Assembly (NCBI GenBank): GCA_020725895.1
Contig: DYTO01000001.1
Coordinates: 30,894 to 94,893 of the forward strand
Source: Candidatus Hadarchaeum sp.
GTDB taxonomy: Archaea > Hadarchaeota > Hadarchaeia > Hadarchaeales > Hadarchaeaceae
Direction of reading: 5' to 3'
Length of the DNA stretch: 64,000 nt
A program made the position numbers and the translations under genes. The notes beneath the pieces were generated by a model, which saw only the letters and a list, made by a program, of their open reading frames with translations, was not told where the DNA came from and searched no databases. Positions 6,634 through 14,579 of the stretch are shown here, in pieces (positions within the stretch are counted from its first letter, which is position 1; the number at the start of each line of letters is the position of its first letter).

Positions 6634-8292
6634 ATGAAACGCAGAACGGAAGGGAGCATTCGAGTGGTTGCGGCGATATCATTGCTGTTTGTAATGTTTT
6701 TAATTACTTCTTCATTTGCTGCGGCGGCAAAGGGTGATCAAAAGACAAATGATAAAGAAGAGAAGAACACGCCGAAAAACACATTGAAGAGCAATCCCGG
6801 AAAATGGGCCGAAGTTTCCACACAGAAAGCAAATGATCAATCTTCAGTAGACGATAAAAAAGACAAAGGCAGTTCGACGCCAGCGCCACCTGTAGAAGAA
6901 CCAGAGGTAGAAGTCGATCTTCGACAGCAGGAGTTTCCTCAACTGGGGCGTCATCGACTGGCGTCTCAACTACTGGTTCCTCAACTGGGGCGTCATCGAC
7001 TGGCGTCTCAACTACTGGTTCCTCAACTGGCTCTTCTGCTGCAGGTTCCTACAGTTGAGGAAACCCCAGTTATCGAGGAGCCGGCAATTGAAACCCCTGT
7101 TGTGGAAGAGCCGGCCGCCCCCGCAGAGGAAATAGTGGTGGAAGTACCAACAGAGGCACCAATAGTTGAGGAGGCGCCGATTGAAGAAGAGCCAATTGTT
7201 GAGGCGACAGTAGAGGATCAGCCCGAAGTTCCAGAAGTTCAAGAACAATTTCCAGAAGAACCAGATGTAGAAACTCCAAGTTCCGAAGCCGAAGAAGTTA
7301 ATGTTGAGGAGCAAACAGTTGAAGAGCCAATAGGCGAAGAGCCAATTTCTGAAGATACAGTTGAGGAAACCCCAGTTATCGAGGAGCCGGCAATTGAAAC
7401 CCCTGTTGTGGAAGAGCCGGCCGAAATAGTTGAAGATGCCGCAGTAGAAACACCAGCAGAAGAAACTACTGTTGAGACGGCTGCCGAGGAACAAGTTGTT
7501 GAAGGACAGGATATCGAGGAACCTGTTGTAGAATCTCCGGTAGAGGAGACTAATGTCGATGATCAGATTACAGAAGAGCAAGTGGTCGAAGAACCCGTTG
7601 CTGAGGATGATATTGAGGAGACTGTCGAGGAGACAGCCGCCGTGGAAGAAATAGCGGTTGAGCAGCCTGTTGTTGAAGAGCAGGTAGCAACGACCGAAGT
7701 CGCAGCAACTCAAATAGTGAGCCAGAGCACGGTCAGCGTAGTTTCGTACAATCAACCAAGTGTTGCCACATCTGTGCAATCGACAGTGGCGGTCTCTGCA
7801 ATGAATTTGACAAAGGCAGAGGTCGTAACAGTAGAAAGAGTTTACCGCCAACCAGTTGTGATAACACAGACGGAAGCCGCACCTCAACCAGCGCCGTCAA
7901 CATCCCCGGCGGTACAGATAGCACAGGTTTCAACGCCGGAATTGGTGAGCGGGAGTTCTGATCAAGCGCCGTCACTGCAAACAAATACAATAAACCCGGC
8001 CGGATTGTCGACGGTTAATGCCGCTCCAACCGACATGACCATCACGGGTGCCGGACTCGGGTTTTTGGTGTTACTATTATTCGTCGCGGGCGGGCTGCTG
8101 AGACCGAAACTTTTGCCCCCCTCCATCGGTCTTAAAAAATTGCAGCCCGCCAACATAATCAAGATCAGGGTCTACAAGAGAGTCGGGCCGATACCGATTG
8201 AGCCAGCACCGGAAAGGCCGAACAGGTTGAAGGTTCTCGATAACAAGAAAATTTTGGCGCTTCTGGAAACGCCACGGATGGTAAGGGGGTGA
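6634..8292 (+). CDS. cell-surface acidic repeat protein (signal peptide, E/V/P-rich repeats, C-terminal TM anchor and basic tail)
   Basis: 552 aa. N-terminal VVAAISLLFVMFLITSSFAAAA signal, then many PxVEEP/ETPV-type acidic repeats, then ITGAGLGFLVLLLFVAGGLLRPK TM anchor. The long antisense ORF 7012..7887 is a repeat artifact. Confidence 0.7.
   Translation: MKRRTEGSIRVVAAISLLFVMFLITSSFAAAAKGDQKTNDKEEKNTPKNTLKSNPGKWAEVSTQKANDQSSVDDKKDKGSSTPAPPVEEPEVEVDLRQQEFPQLGRHRLASQLLVPQLGRHRLASQLLVPQLALLLQVPTVEETPVIEEPAIETPVVEEPAAPAEEIVVEVPTEAPIVEEAPIEEEPIVEATVEDQPEVPEVQEQFPEEPDVETPSSEAEEVNVEEQTVEEPIGEEPISEDTVEETPVIEEPAIETPVVEEPAEIVEDAAVETPAEETTVETAAEEQVVEGQDIEEPVVESPVEETNVDDQITEEQVVEEPVAEDDIEETVEETAAVEEIAVEQPVVEEQVATTEVAATQIVSQSTVSVVSYNQPSVATSVQSTVAVSAMNLTKAEVVTVERVYRQPVVITQTEAAPQPAPSTSPAVQIAQVSTPELVSGSSDQAPSLQTNTINPAGLSTVNAAPTDMTITGAGLGFLVLLLFVAGGLLRPKLLPPSIGLKKLQPANIIKIRVYKRVGPIPIEPAPERPNRLKVLDNKKILALLETPRMVRG
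6937..7030 (+). repeat. 42-bp tandem repeat (2.2 copies) in inverted orientation relative to the gene's other repeats
   Basis: The unit cctcaactggggcgtcatcgactggcgtctcaactactggtt occurs at 6937-6978 and 6979-7020, plus a partial third copy. Its reverse complement reads PVVETPVDDAPVEE in an open frame, which matches the protein's acidic repeat style. The forward strand instead encodes the odd QLGRHRLASQLLVP x2. It is flanked by the 9-bp inverted pair cctcaactg / cagttgagg. Confidence 0.6.
7051..7116 (+). repeat. 66-bp perfect direct repeat, copy 1 (copy 2 at 7357-7422)
   Basis: acagttgaggaaaccccagttatcgaggagccggcaattgaaacccctgttgtggaagagccggcc is identical at both sites, 306 bp (102 codons) apart and in frame. 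Confidence 0.8.
7357..7422 (+). repeat. 66-bp perfect direct repeat, copy 2
   Basis: Identical to 7051-7116. Confidence 0.8.
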
Positions 8293-8416
8293 AAAGAGTG
8301 ACATACAGAGCAAGAGTCGCGTCAAGCAAGAGAGTCGCGAGCAAGATAAACGAGACGGGGCCGGATGTTCTCCTGGCGATAATACGAATGATTGAAAATT
8401 GAGGAGGGTGTGAAAA

Positions 8417-8554
8417 ATGTCGGCAGCTTTACCTGAGGCGACGCCCACTGTTTGCGGGAGTTGCGGCCTTTACTACATCTACCCCGCGTACATGGACTAT
8501 GCCCAAAACCCCTGCCCACAATGCGGGCGGCACAACCACAACGGGCACGGCTGA
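8417..8554 (+). CDS. small zinc-ribbon protein (45 aa), hypothetical
   Basis: MSAALPEATPTVCGSCGLYYIYPAYMDYAQNPCPQCGRHNHNGHG has two CxxC pairs. A gaggagggtg purine-rich stretch lies 8 nt upstream. Below the track cutoff. Confidence 0.35.
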   Translation: MSAALPEATPTVCGSCGLYYIYPAYMDYAQNPCPQCGRHNHNGHG

Positions 8555-8665
8555 AATTCCTGAAATTCAGTTCGCGATCAATCGACCAAAAAAGCACAAA
8601 TTTGTGCATAGCGGTTCAGTTTTGAAAAGGCGTTTAAAGTAGCTTGAAATCAGTATAATGATGAA

Positions 8666-8941
8666 ATGAAGTTTGCTGAGTTCAAGGCACCGAAAGGCGT
8701 TATAAAAATCGAGCTTGATCTCGCGGGAGATAAAATTTCAAAAATTTCGATAAGCGGGGATTTCTTCATGTACCCGGAAGACTCGATCGAAAAACTGGAG
8801 CAGATGCTGAAAGGCACAAAAGCGGATAGGGAATCCTTGCTCGAGACGGTTGGAAAGTTTTACGATTCAACAGGGACAAAGACGCCGATGGTCGAGCCAG
8901 AGCACTGGGTGGAAGCGATTTTGCGGGCGGTTGGTGGCTAG
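8666..8941 (+). CDS. lplB: lipoate-protein ligase C-terminal domain protein (LplB of split LplA/LplB)
   Basis: 91 aa beginning MKFAEFKAPKGVIKIELDL..., the standalone LplA C-terminal domain. It lies immediately upstream of, and abuts, the catalytic lplA gene, as in Thermoplasma. Confidence 0.65.
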   Translation: MKFAEFKAPKGVIKIELDLAGDKISKISISGDFFMYPEDSIEKLEQMLKGTKADRESLLETVGKFYDSTGTKTPMVEPEHWVEAILRAVGG

Positions 8942-9697
8942 ATGGAGTGGCGTTTACTTCCGATGCGTATTGACGATGCGTTCACGAGCATGGCCATCGA
9001 CGAGGCGCTACTTAAGCTGAACGCGGAGGGCGAGTCACCAAACACAGTCAGATTTTGGCGATGGCTGCCGTCCACAGTTTCGATAGGATGCTTTCAAAGC
9101 TTGGAAAAAGAAGTGGATCTCTCCGTCGCTAAGAAATACGGGGTCGACATCGTCAGGCGCATCACCGGCGGTGGAGCCGTTTTCCACGATCATGACGGGG
9201 AATTGACTTACAGCGTCGTGTGTAGGCAGAGCGAAGTCCCGGCCGACATCATAGATTCGTACAAAATAATATGCGGAGGCCTAGTCAAAGGGTTCGAAAA
9301 TTTGGGGCTTAAAGCTGAATTCAGGCCCGTGAACGATGTCCAGGTCAATGGCAAGAAAATATCCGGGAGCGCCCAGACAAGACGATGGGGCTCGGTTCTC
9401 CAGCACGGCACAGTTCTGATTTCACCGGACGTTAGGCGGATGTTCGAGCTTTTGAGGGTGAGTCCGGAAAAGATTTCTGACAAGTTCATCGCCTCCGTTT
9501 TCGAGAGAGTCACAACAATGGAAAGAGAGCTCGGAAAAAAACCAAGTTTTGAGGAAGTCAGAGAAGCGATGAGCAATGGATTCGAAAATTCTTTGAAAGT
9601 CAAACTCCAAGAAGGAGCCCTCGCTGGAGAAGAGCTTGAGCTAGCGAATGAAATAAAGCCAAAATACGCTTCCGAAGAATGGTCAAGGAAAAGATGA
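8942..9697 (+). CDS. lplA: lipoate-protein ligase A catalytic (BPL/LPL) domain protein
   Basis: RFWRWLPSTVSIGCFQS, RRITGGGAVFHDHDGELTYSVV, VNGKKISGSAQTRRWGSVLQHGTVLI: canonical LplA catalytic motifs, including the lysine in GKKISGSAQ. Confidence 0.8.
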   Translation: MEWRLLPMRIDDAFTSMAIDEALLKLNAEGESPNTVRFWRWLPSTVSIGCFQSLEKEVDLSVAKKYGVDIVRRITGGGAVFHDHDGELTYSVVCRQSEVPADIIDSYKIICGGLVKGFENLGLKAEFRPVNDVQVNGKKISGSAQTRRWGSVLQHGTVLISPDVRRMFELLRVSPEKISDKFIASVFERVTTMERELGKKPSFEEVREAMSNGFENSLKVKLQEGALAGEELELANEIKPKYASEEWSRKR

Positions 9698-9742
9698 ATG
9701 GAAAGTGATAAATTTTTTTCTGCGCACGTAATGTGATAATTC

Positions 9743-10624
9743 ATGAAAGCCAAAGATAGTGGAGTCATATTTGCTTGTTACCCGCACCCTGCTTTTCCAA
9801 CCATTTCCATTACTGCCGGCGGCTGTGCGCTGAGCTGCAAGCATTGCAACAGACAATATTTGAAACAAATGATCCCCTGCCCATTTCCGGATTTGTTGTA
9901 CAAGACATGTTTGAAGTTCGCCGAAAAAGGCATCAAAGGGGTCTTGCTGAGCGGAGGCTACAACAAGGAAGGTTACGTCCCTTACGAGGATTTCATAGGC
10001 GCGATTGAATCCATCAAAAAGGAAACTGGGATTTTCATAAGCGCACACACGGGTTTGATCCCGGATGGGCTGGCGAAGGAGCTGGGCCGCGCCGGGGTAG
10101 GTCTGGCGGACTTCGATTTGATTGGGGACGACGAGACGATAAAGTCTATTATCGGCATAGACAAGAAAGCTAGCGATTATCTAAAAACAATGAAATCTCT
10201 GAAGAAATCATTGCCGGATGTAACGCCACACATTTGCATAGGTTTGCAGGGCGGAAAGTTGAAGGGCGAGTTCAGGGCAGTTGAAATGGCCGCGGAAATC
10301 GACCCGAGTCTCCTTGTCTTTCTGACTTTGATACCCACTCGCGGCACGCCACTCGAGAGACATTCCCCCCCGTCAGTCCAAGATGTCGAAAAAGTGATTT
10401 CATTCGCGAAGAAAAAAATCCCGAGAGCTGAGTTCGCGCTCGGCTGCATGCGCTCCAGGGACGACGGCAGGGGGGAGCTGGAAAGAGTCGCGATAAATGC
10501 CGGAGTCAGGAGGGTGGTCATGCCAACGAGAGAAACGATCGAGTGGGCCGAAAAATCAGGTTTTCAAGTAAAAAAAATTGACGCTTGTTGCGCGGCGCCG
10601 ATTGGCGATGCACGTGAAAGTTAG
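9743..10624 (+). CDS. radical SAM protein, candidate archaeal two-component lipoyl synthase subunit (LipS1/LipS2 family)
   Basis: 293 aa with a CALSCKHC CX3CX2C motif near the N-terminus and no classical LipA auxiliary-cluster motifs. It lies directly downstream of lplB-lplA and overlaps the next radical SAM gene. Confidence 0.5.
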   Translation: MKAKDSGVIFACYPHPAFPTISITAGGCALSCKHCNRQYLKQMIPCPFPDLLYKTCLKFAEKGIKGVLLSGGYNKEGYVPYEDFIGAIESIKKETGIFISAHTGLIPDGLAKELGRAGVGLADFDLIGDDETIKSIIGIDKKASDYLKTMKSLKKSLPDVTPHICIGLQGGKLKGEFRAVEMAAEIDPSLLVFLTLIPTRGTPLERHSPPSVQDVEKVISFAKKKIPRAEFALGCMRSRDDGRGELERVAINAGVRRVVMPTRETIEWAEKSGFQVKKIDACCAAPIGDARES

Positions 10625-11567
10625 GGTTGCTTTTGGTACCGGGGCCGTTCTAGGCCTGTGGGACGGACGCATTGAGGTTGCGCCAACCACGGCTCATTTC
10701 CTGATATATCAAGAAAAACGCTGCCGGGCAAACTGCACATTTTGCCCCCAGGCAAGCGGAAGTTCGGCGGACTTGAGGATGCTTTCCCGCGTCGTCTGGC
10801 CGGTTTACGACCTTGACAGAGTCGTTCAATCTCTTTCTTCAAATCCAGAGAAGTTTCAAAGGATTTGCATCCAATCGGTAAATTATCCGAAATCATTGGA
10901 TGATGTTTGCACAATAGTCAAGAAAATAAAAGAGGTCAGCAAAGCCCCCATTTCCGTGTCTTCCAACCCGATTTCAGTTGGAGAAATAGACAAGTTGAAG
11001 TCGGCGGGAGTGGACCGTCTCTGCATACCGCTGGACGCATGCACACCAGAGATATTCTCGCGTACTAAGGAAGGGTACGATTGGGAAAAACACATTGACG
11101 CGCTGGAGCACGCAGGACGAGTTTTCGACGGTGTAACAACGCACCTGATAATCGGTCTTGGCGAAACCGAAGAGGAAGCGGTTCGGGCGCTCCAAATTCT
11201 CGCCGACAAAGGCATCACGGTGGGTCTGTTCGCATTAACGCCGATCCGCGGGACACAGCTAGAAAAACAAAAACAGCCCGAACTTTCAAGCTATCGCAGG
11301 ATACAGCTCGCACGTTACCTGATGCAGAAAAAAATAACGTCCGCGGACAAAATGCGCTTCACGAATGGAGTCTTGAATGATTTTGGCGTTGGCAGCGAGG
11401 TGCTGAACGAAGTCGTCAGTTCGGGGGCGCCATTCAAGACTTCCGGATGCGATGGGTGCAACCGTCCATTTTACAACGAGTCGCCCCGAGGCCCAATCTA
11501 CAATTTTCCGAGGGAGCCGACAATTATGGAAATCGAGGAGATAAAGAAGACCCTCGCCCTGGAATGA
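10608..11567 (+). CDS. radical SAM protein, second candidate lipoyl synthase subunit (LipS1/LipS2 family)
   Basis: CRANCTFC CX3CX2C motif. The start at ATG 10608 overlaps the upstream gene stop by 17 nt; the track's alternative start at 10578 overlaps by 47 nt. It abuts the convergent AMMECR1 gene. Confidence 0.5.
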   Translation: MHVKVRVAFGTGAVLGLWDGRIEVAPTTAHFLIYQEKRCRANCTFCPQASGSSADLRMLSRVVWPVYDLDRVVQSLSSNPEKFQRICIQSVNYPKSLDDVCTIVKKIKEVSKAPISVSSNPISVGEIDKLKSAGVDRLCIPLDACTPEIFSRTKEGYDWEKHIDALEHAGRVFDGVTTHLIIGLGETEEEAVRALQILADKGITVGLFALTPIRGTQLEKQKQPELSSYRRIQLARYLMQKKITSADKMRFTNGVLNDFGVGSEVLNEVVSSGAPFKTSGCDGCNRPFYNESPRGPIYNFPREPTIMEIEEIKKTLALE

Positions 11568-12167
11568 TCACGGAACGAGGTTTCTTTCCTCTATCTCGCC
11601 GCCCGGTTTTTTCTCCCTGAAGAGCTGGGCAGAGAACGTCTGTATTCTCGTGCTTTTGTCCAGCCATTTGTCTGGCGGCAGCCCGGCTTTCATGCACGCG
11701 CATGCGAGGTATTCCTCCACGCCCCAGTTTTGCTCGACCGGAACTTGTGGAAGGAGCAAGCCGGCAGAGTTGTGGCACTCCACGATCAAACCGTCCTTGC
11801 CAACCTCAACGTGCTTCGGGTAGTCTCTCGGGTCCTTTGCCCTGATCTCTTCTGGAACTGACAGGACGCTCAATTCTATCTCGATTTCTTTCAGTTCTTC
11901 CGCCCTCACCGGGGGGAAGCGCGGGTCCCTTGTCGCCGAACTGATCGCGGAGTCTATAACGGCTTCGACCAGCGGCATCGTAGGGAAAGGCTGCCCGATG
12001 CAGCCGCGCAATTTACCGTATTTGGTCAAAGTCACGAAAACTCCGCGGGGTTCGCTCAGTTTTTTTGGAACCTCCCCCGCCGCCAAGACTTTCTTTTCGC
12101 AGATATACATCTCCATCGATTTCCTCGCCAGTCTGACGAGCATTTTGCCTTCTTCAATCTTCAACAT
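11568..12167 (-). CDS. AMMECR1-domain protein
   Basis: RGVFVTLTKYGKLRGCIGQPFP is the diagnostic AMMECR1 motif. 199 aa. Confidence 0.8.
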   Translation of the reverse strand: MLKIEEGKMLVRLARKSMEMYICEKKVLAAGEVPKKLSEPRGVFVTLTKYGKLRGCIGQPFPTMPLVEAVIDSAISSATRDPRFPPVRAEELKEIEIELSVLSVPEEIRAKDPRDYPKHVEVGKDGLIVECHNSAGLLLPQVPVEQNWGVEEYLACACMKAGLPPDKWLDKSTRIQTFSAQLFREKKPGGEIEERNLVP

Positions 12168-12660
12168 CCGATCCCACCTTTTTTTCGTACTCTGAAGCCA
12201 TATCTATTATCGTTTTCCAATGTTTGCCCTCCCAGTACGCTTTGCCGCATTTTTTGCACAGCCAGAAAACTTCATGAGATTTCAACACCTTTTCTGGGAC
12301 CGAGCCGCCAACTTCTTTTTTACCAACCACTTTCAAATTTCCGTTGCATACTGGGCACCTTGATTTTTCGAAGTCTATTTTTATTTTTTGCCCCATGAAG
12401 CGCGAGATTTCCAACAATTGGTTTATAACGCCGTTATTCCTTATCAGAAAGCTCTTAACTCCGTATTTTTTTGACCTTTTGTAGAGTTCAAAGTCCGAGG
12501 TCAGCAAGGATCTTTTTTTGGCGTTCGCGTACTCTATCAATTTTTTGTCTTCGCCCCCCGCGCCAAAATCAAGTTCCCCGACGTAAACGACGTCGTGTCC
12601 GGCCAGGCGAAGCCACCTCGCCAGTTTCCCGAGCATCCCATCCGCAACGAACTTCATCAA
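12154..12660 (-). CDS. Mut7-C/DUF82 PIN-like domain protein with C-terminal zinc ribbon
   Basis: N-terminal MKFVADGMLGKLARWLRLAGHDV is the DUF82 signature. C-terminal CPVCNG...CKKCGK zinc ribbon. Overlaps the AMMECR1 gene by 14 nt on the same strand. Confidence 0.65.
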   Translation of the reverse strand: MMKFVADGMLGKLARWLRLAGHDVVYVGELDFGAGGEDKKLIEYANAKKRSLLTSDFELYKRSKKYGVKSFLIRNNGVINQLLEISRFMGQKIKIDFEKSRCPVCNGNLKVVGKKEVGGSVPEKVLKSHEVFWLCKKCGKAYWEGKHWKTIIDMASEYEKKVGSDVED

Positions 12661-12727
12661 ATATCATTCTTCGGCGCGGTAAAAATTCCAACTGCTATTA
12701 AAAGGGGCCGCGGATTATTAGTGGGAT

Positions 12728-13096
12728 TTGATGCGACACAGGCTCCAAGTGACGTGCCCAATATGCGGGAAGCCGTTCACGCTTGAAGTGGACGTAGGGA
12801 CATATGTTACTGCAGAGACGGCGCCGGCGCCATCCAAAAGAGGTGCCACCGCCCTGGTTCTGCGGGGCCACGACGCAAAGGTGGACTTCGTCAGGCGCGC
12901 GATGACGGCGCTTGCAAGCAAGGATTCAAGCGGGATGATGGAAGTCAACGAGATAATCGAGCTTGCGGAAAAGGTTGGACTCGCGCGCGAGGAAGTCAAT
13001 GAGATATTGGCCACGGAAAAGAGCGCTGGCCACGTCTACGAGCACAAGCCAGGAGTCCTCAGCTTCACGGAGCCGCCCGAGCGTTCGAAGGGCTAG
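12728..13096 (+). CDS. hypothetical protein with N-terminal CPICG zinc-binding motif
   Basis: 122 aa; no recognised family. Confidence 0.4.
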   Translation: MMRHRLQVTCPICGKPFTLEVDVGTYVTAETAPAPSKRGATALVLRGHDAKVDFVRRAMTALASKDSSGMMEVNEIIELAEKVGLAREEVNEILATEKSAGHVYEHKPGVLSFTEPPERSKG

Positions 13097-13294
13097 GTCT
13101 CTTCCTCTTCCTCGGGCTCGTCGATATCCTCTTTTTTCTCCAAAATCTCCAAAACGTCCTTCTCTTCCCTGGTCCTGGACTTTTCCGAACCTTTCTTCTC
13201 CTTTTTCCTTCGTTTGAAGTATTTCAGGTTAACCCCGATATACTGCCTATCCAGTGGGTTTAAAATTCTTGTGAATCGGTCGTAGGCACCGAGT

Positions 13295-13615
13295 TCAAAC
13301 GAGGATCTTCTTTAACATGCGATTGTATTCTTCGCGGGTGATTGGCGAGTAGACGCCGGCACGGCGCCCGCTGCCAGATGCGATGCAGTTCAGGAGGCCG
13401 GCCTCGCACATGCGCCGCAATGTCGAAGATGCCGACCAAACCTGGTTTTTTCTCGACCCCCGGTAGCTCACCACTTCTAGGTCCAGCAGTTCGCGGTGGG
13501 TGAACTCTTCCGCTCCGTTTTCCCAGGCCCAATCGAGGATTTCTCGCCAAGTTCTGTCGCACGGTCTTTTCATGGCAATCAACGATGTTTTCGTAGTTGG
13601 GAATGTCACTCCCAA
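13295..13615 (-). CDS. small winged-helix (wHTH) DNA-binding protein, putative regulator
   Basis: FTHRELLDL...RKNQVWSASSTLRRMCEAGLLNCIASGSGRRAGVYSPI shows a helix-turn-helix-wing pattern. The true start is probably MKRPCDRTW at about 13573. Divergent from the surface-protein pair. Confidence 0.4.
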   Translation of the reverse strand: MGVTFPTTKTSLIAMKRPCDRTWREILDWAWENGAEEFTHRELLDLEVVSYRGSRKNQVWSASSTLRRMCEAGLLNCIASGSGRRAGVYSPITREEYNRMLKKILV

Positions 13616-13696
13616 CTATAAAAATCTTTCGTTTTTTGAAGTAACCTTTAACTATAAAAGAGTTATTTTAAAGCCCCGGAAATCAATGTTTACCCG

Positions 13697-14545
13697 ATGA
13701 TGCAAAAAGCCGCGCCAACAGCCGCAATGCTTTTCCTTTTGCTGTCTTTAGCAATGCCCTTGGTCGGCGCAGACACATACACGATAGCGCCTGGAGGCAC
13801 ATACATAGTTAATTTCAACGTGAAGAAACCCGCGTTTGTAAACCTGAACGAAGGCAAGTGGCAAGTAAGGGTATATTTTTACACAAGCACGAGCTGCTAC
13901 AACGACGGTTCATGGTGGCAGGCGAGCGGCGACTGGATATACAGCGGCTGGTATGAGGACCGGTACATCGGGGAGGCATGGGGGGGGTCTCCAGAGACAA
14001 AAGAGCACAACGTGTCCACGAAAATCGTTAGCTACCCAAGGCCAGCAGCGGACATAGATCACGGGATGACAGAGCTACCGCTCGGGAGCACTGTGAATTT
14101 CAGGTTAAGAGTACTGCTCGAGCTTGACAAGGAGCCGGTCTTTTCGGGAGGAGGCGAGACTGAGTCGGGGGTAGTGTCCTTCATGATTGGAGGAACGGCG
14201 TACCAATACCAGTACACAGTTGACTTTTACGGGGATACTGAATTGGTCACGAGCAATCCGGAAAAGATGAAGATAAGCCAGAGTTCTTCCGGGGTGTGGC
14301 AGTTGACGATCGACCGGACACTTTCGGCATCCACCAGCGAGTCGGCGTCAAAGAGCGGGATATTTATACTCCCGGACCCCTTGGAAATCGATCTTGCATC
14401 CAGCGCATCTCCCGAGCAGTCGTTAGAACTCCCCTTGGAAGTGAAGATCGTCTCCGGGATAACGGTGTCATTGGTGGTCGCCGGTCTCGTGGCATACATT
14501 GCAATGAAAAAACACGGTGGGGGTGAAATTTTTGTCGAACACTAG
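13697..14545 (+). CDS. secreted, membrane-anchored protein, paralog A (signal peptide, beta-rich ectodomain, C-terminal TM)
   Basis: 282 aa. Signal MLFLLLSLAMPLVGA; ectodomain motifs VRVYFYTS and KIVSYPRPA are shared with the downstream paralog; C-terminal TM ITVSLVVAGLVAYIAM. Confidence 0.65.
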   Translation: MMQKAAPTAAMLFLLLSLAMPLVGADTYTIAPGGTYIVNFNVKKPAFVNLNEGKWQVRVYFYTSTSCYNDGSWWQASGDWIYSGWYEDRYIGEAWGGSPETKEHNVSTKIVSYPRPAADIDHGMTELPLGSTVNFRLRVLLELDKEPVFSGGGETESGVVSFMIGGTAYQYQYTVDFYGDTELVTSNPEKMKISQSSSGVWQLTIDRTLSASTSESASKSGIFILPDPLEIDLASSASPEQSLELPLEVKIVSGITVSLVVAGLVAYIAMKKHGGGEIFVEH

Positions 14546-14579
14546 AAGCTTTTTATGCAGCCATTTTGATAAGCAAAGG

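Noticed and set aside
7012-7887. Minus-strand 291-aa ORF (and 7070..7279) overlapping the acidic-repeat gene
   Set aside because: It is the antisense of GAA/GAG-rich repeats, giving L/F/C/N-rich nonsense with the same periodicity. It is a repeat artifact.
11568-12167. Interpreting radical SAM gene 10608..11567 plus AMMECR1 as an AmmeMemoRadiSam operon
   Set aside because: The genes are convergent (3' ends abutting), the MEMO homologue lies 22 kb away next to rps2, and the radical SAM gene is translationally coupled to another radical SAM gene downstream of lplBA. The lipoyl synthase interpretation is preferred but unproven.
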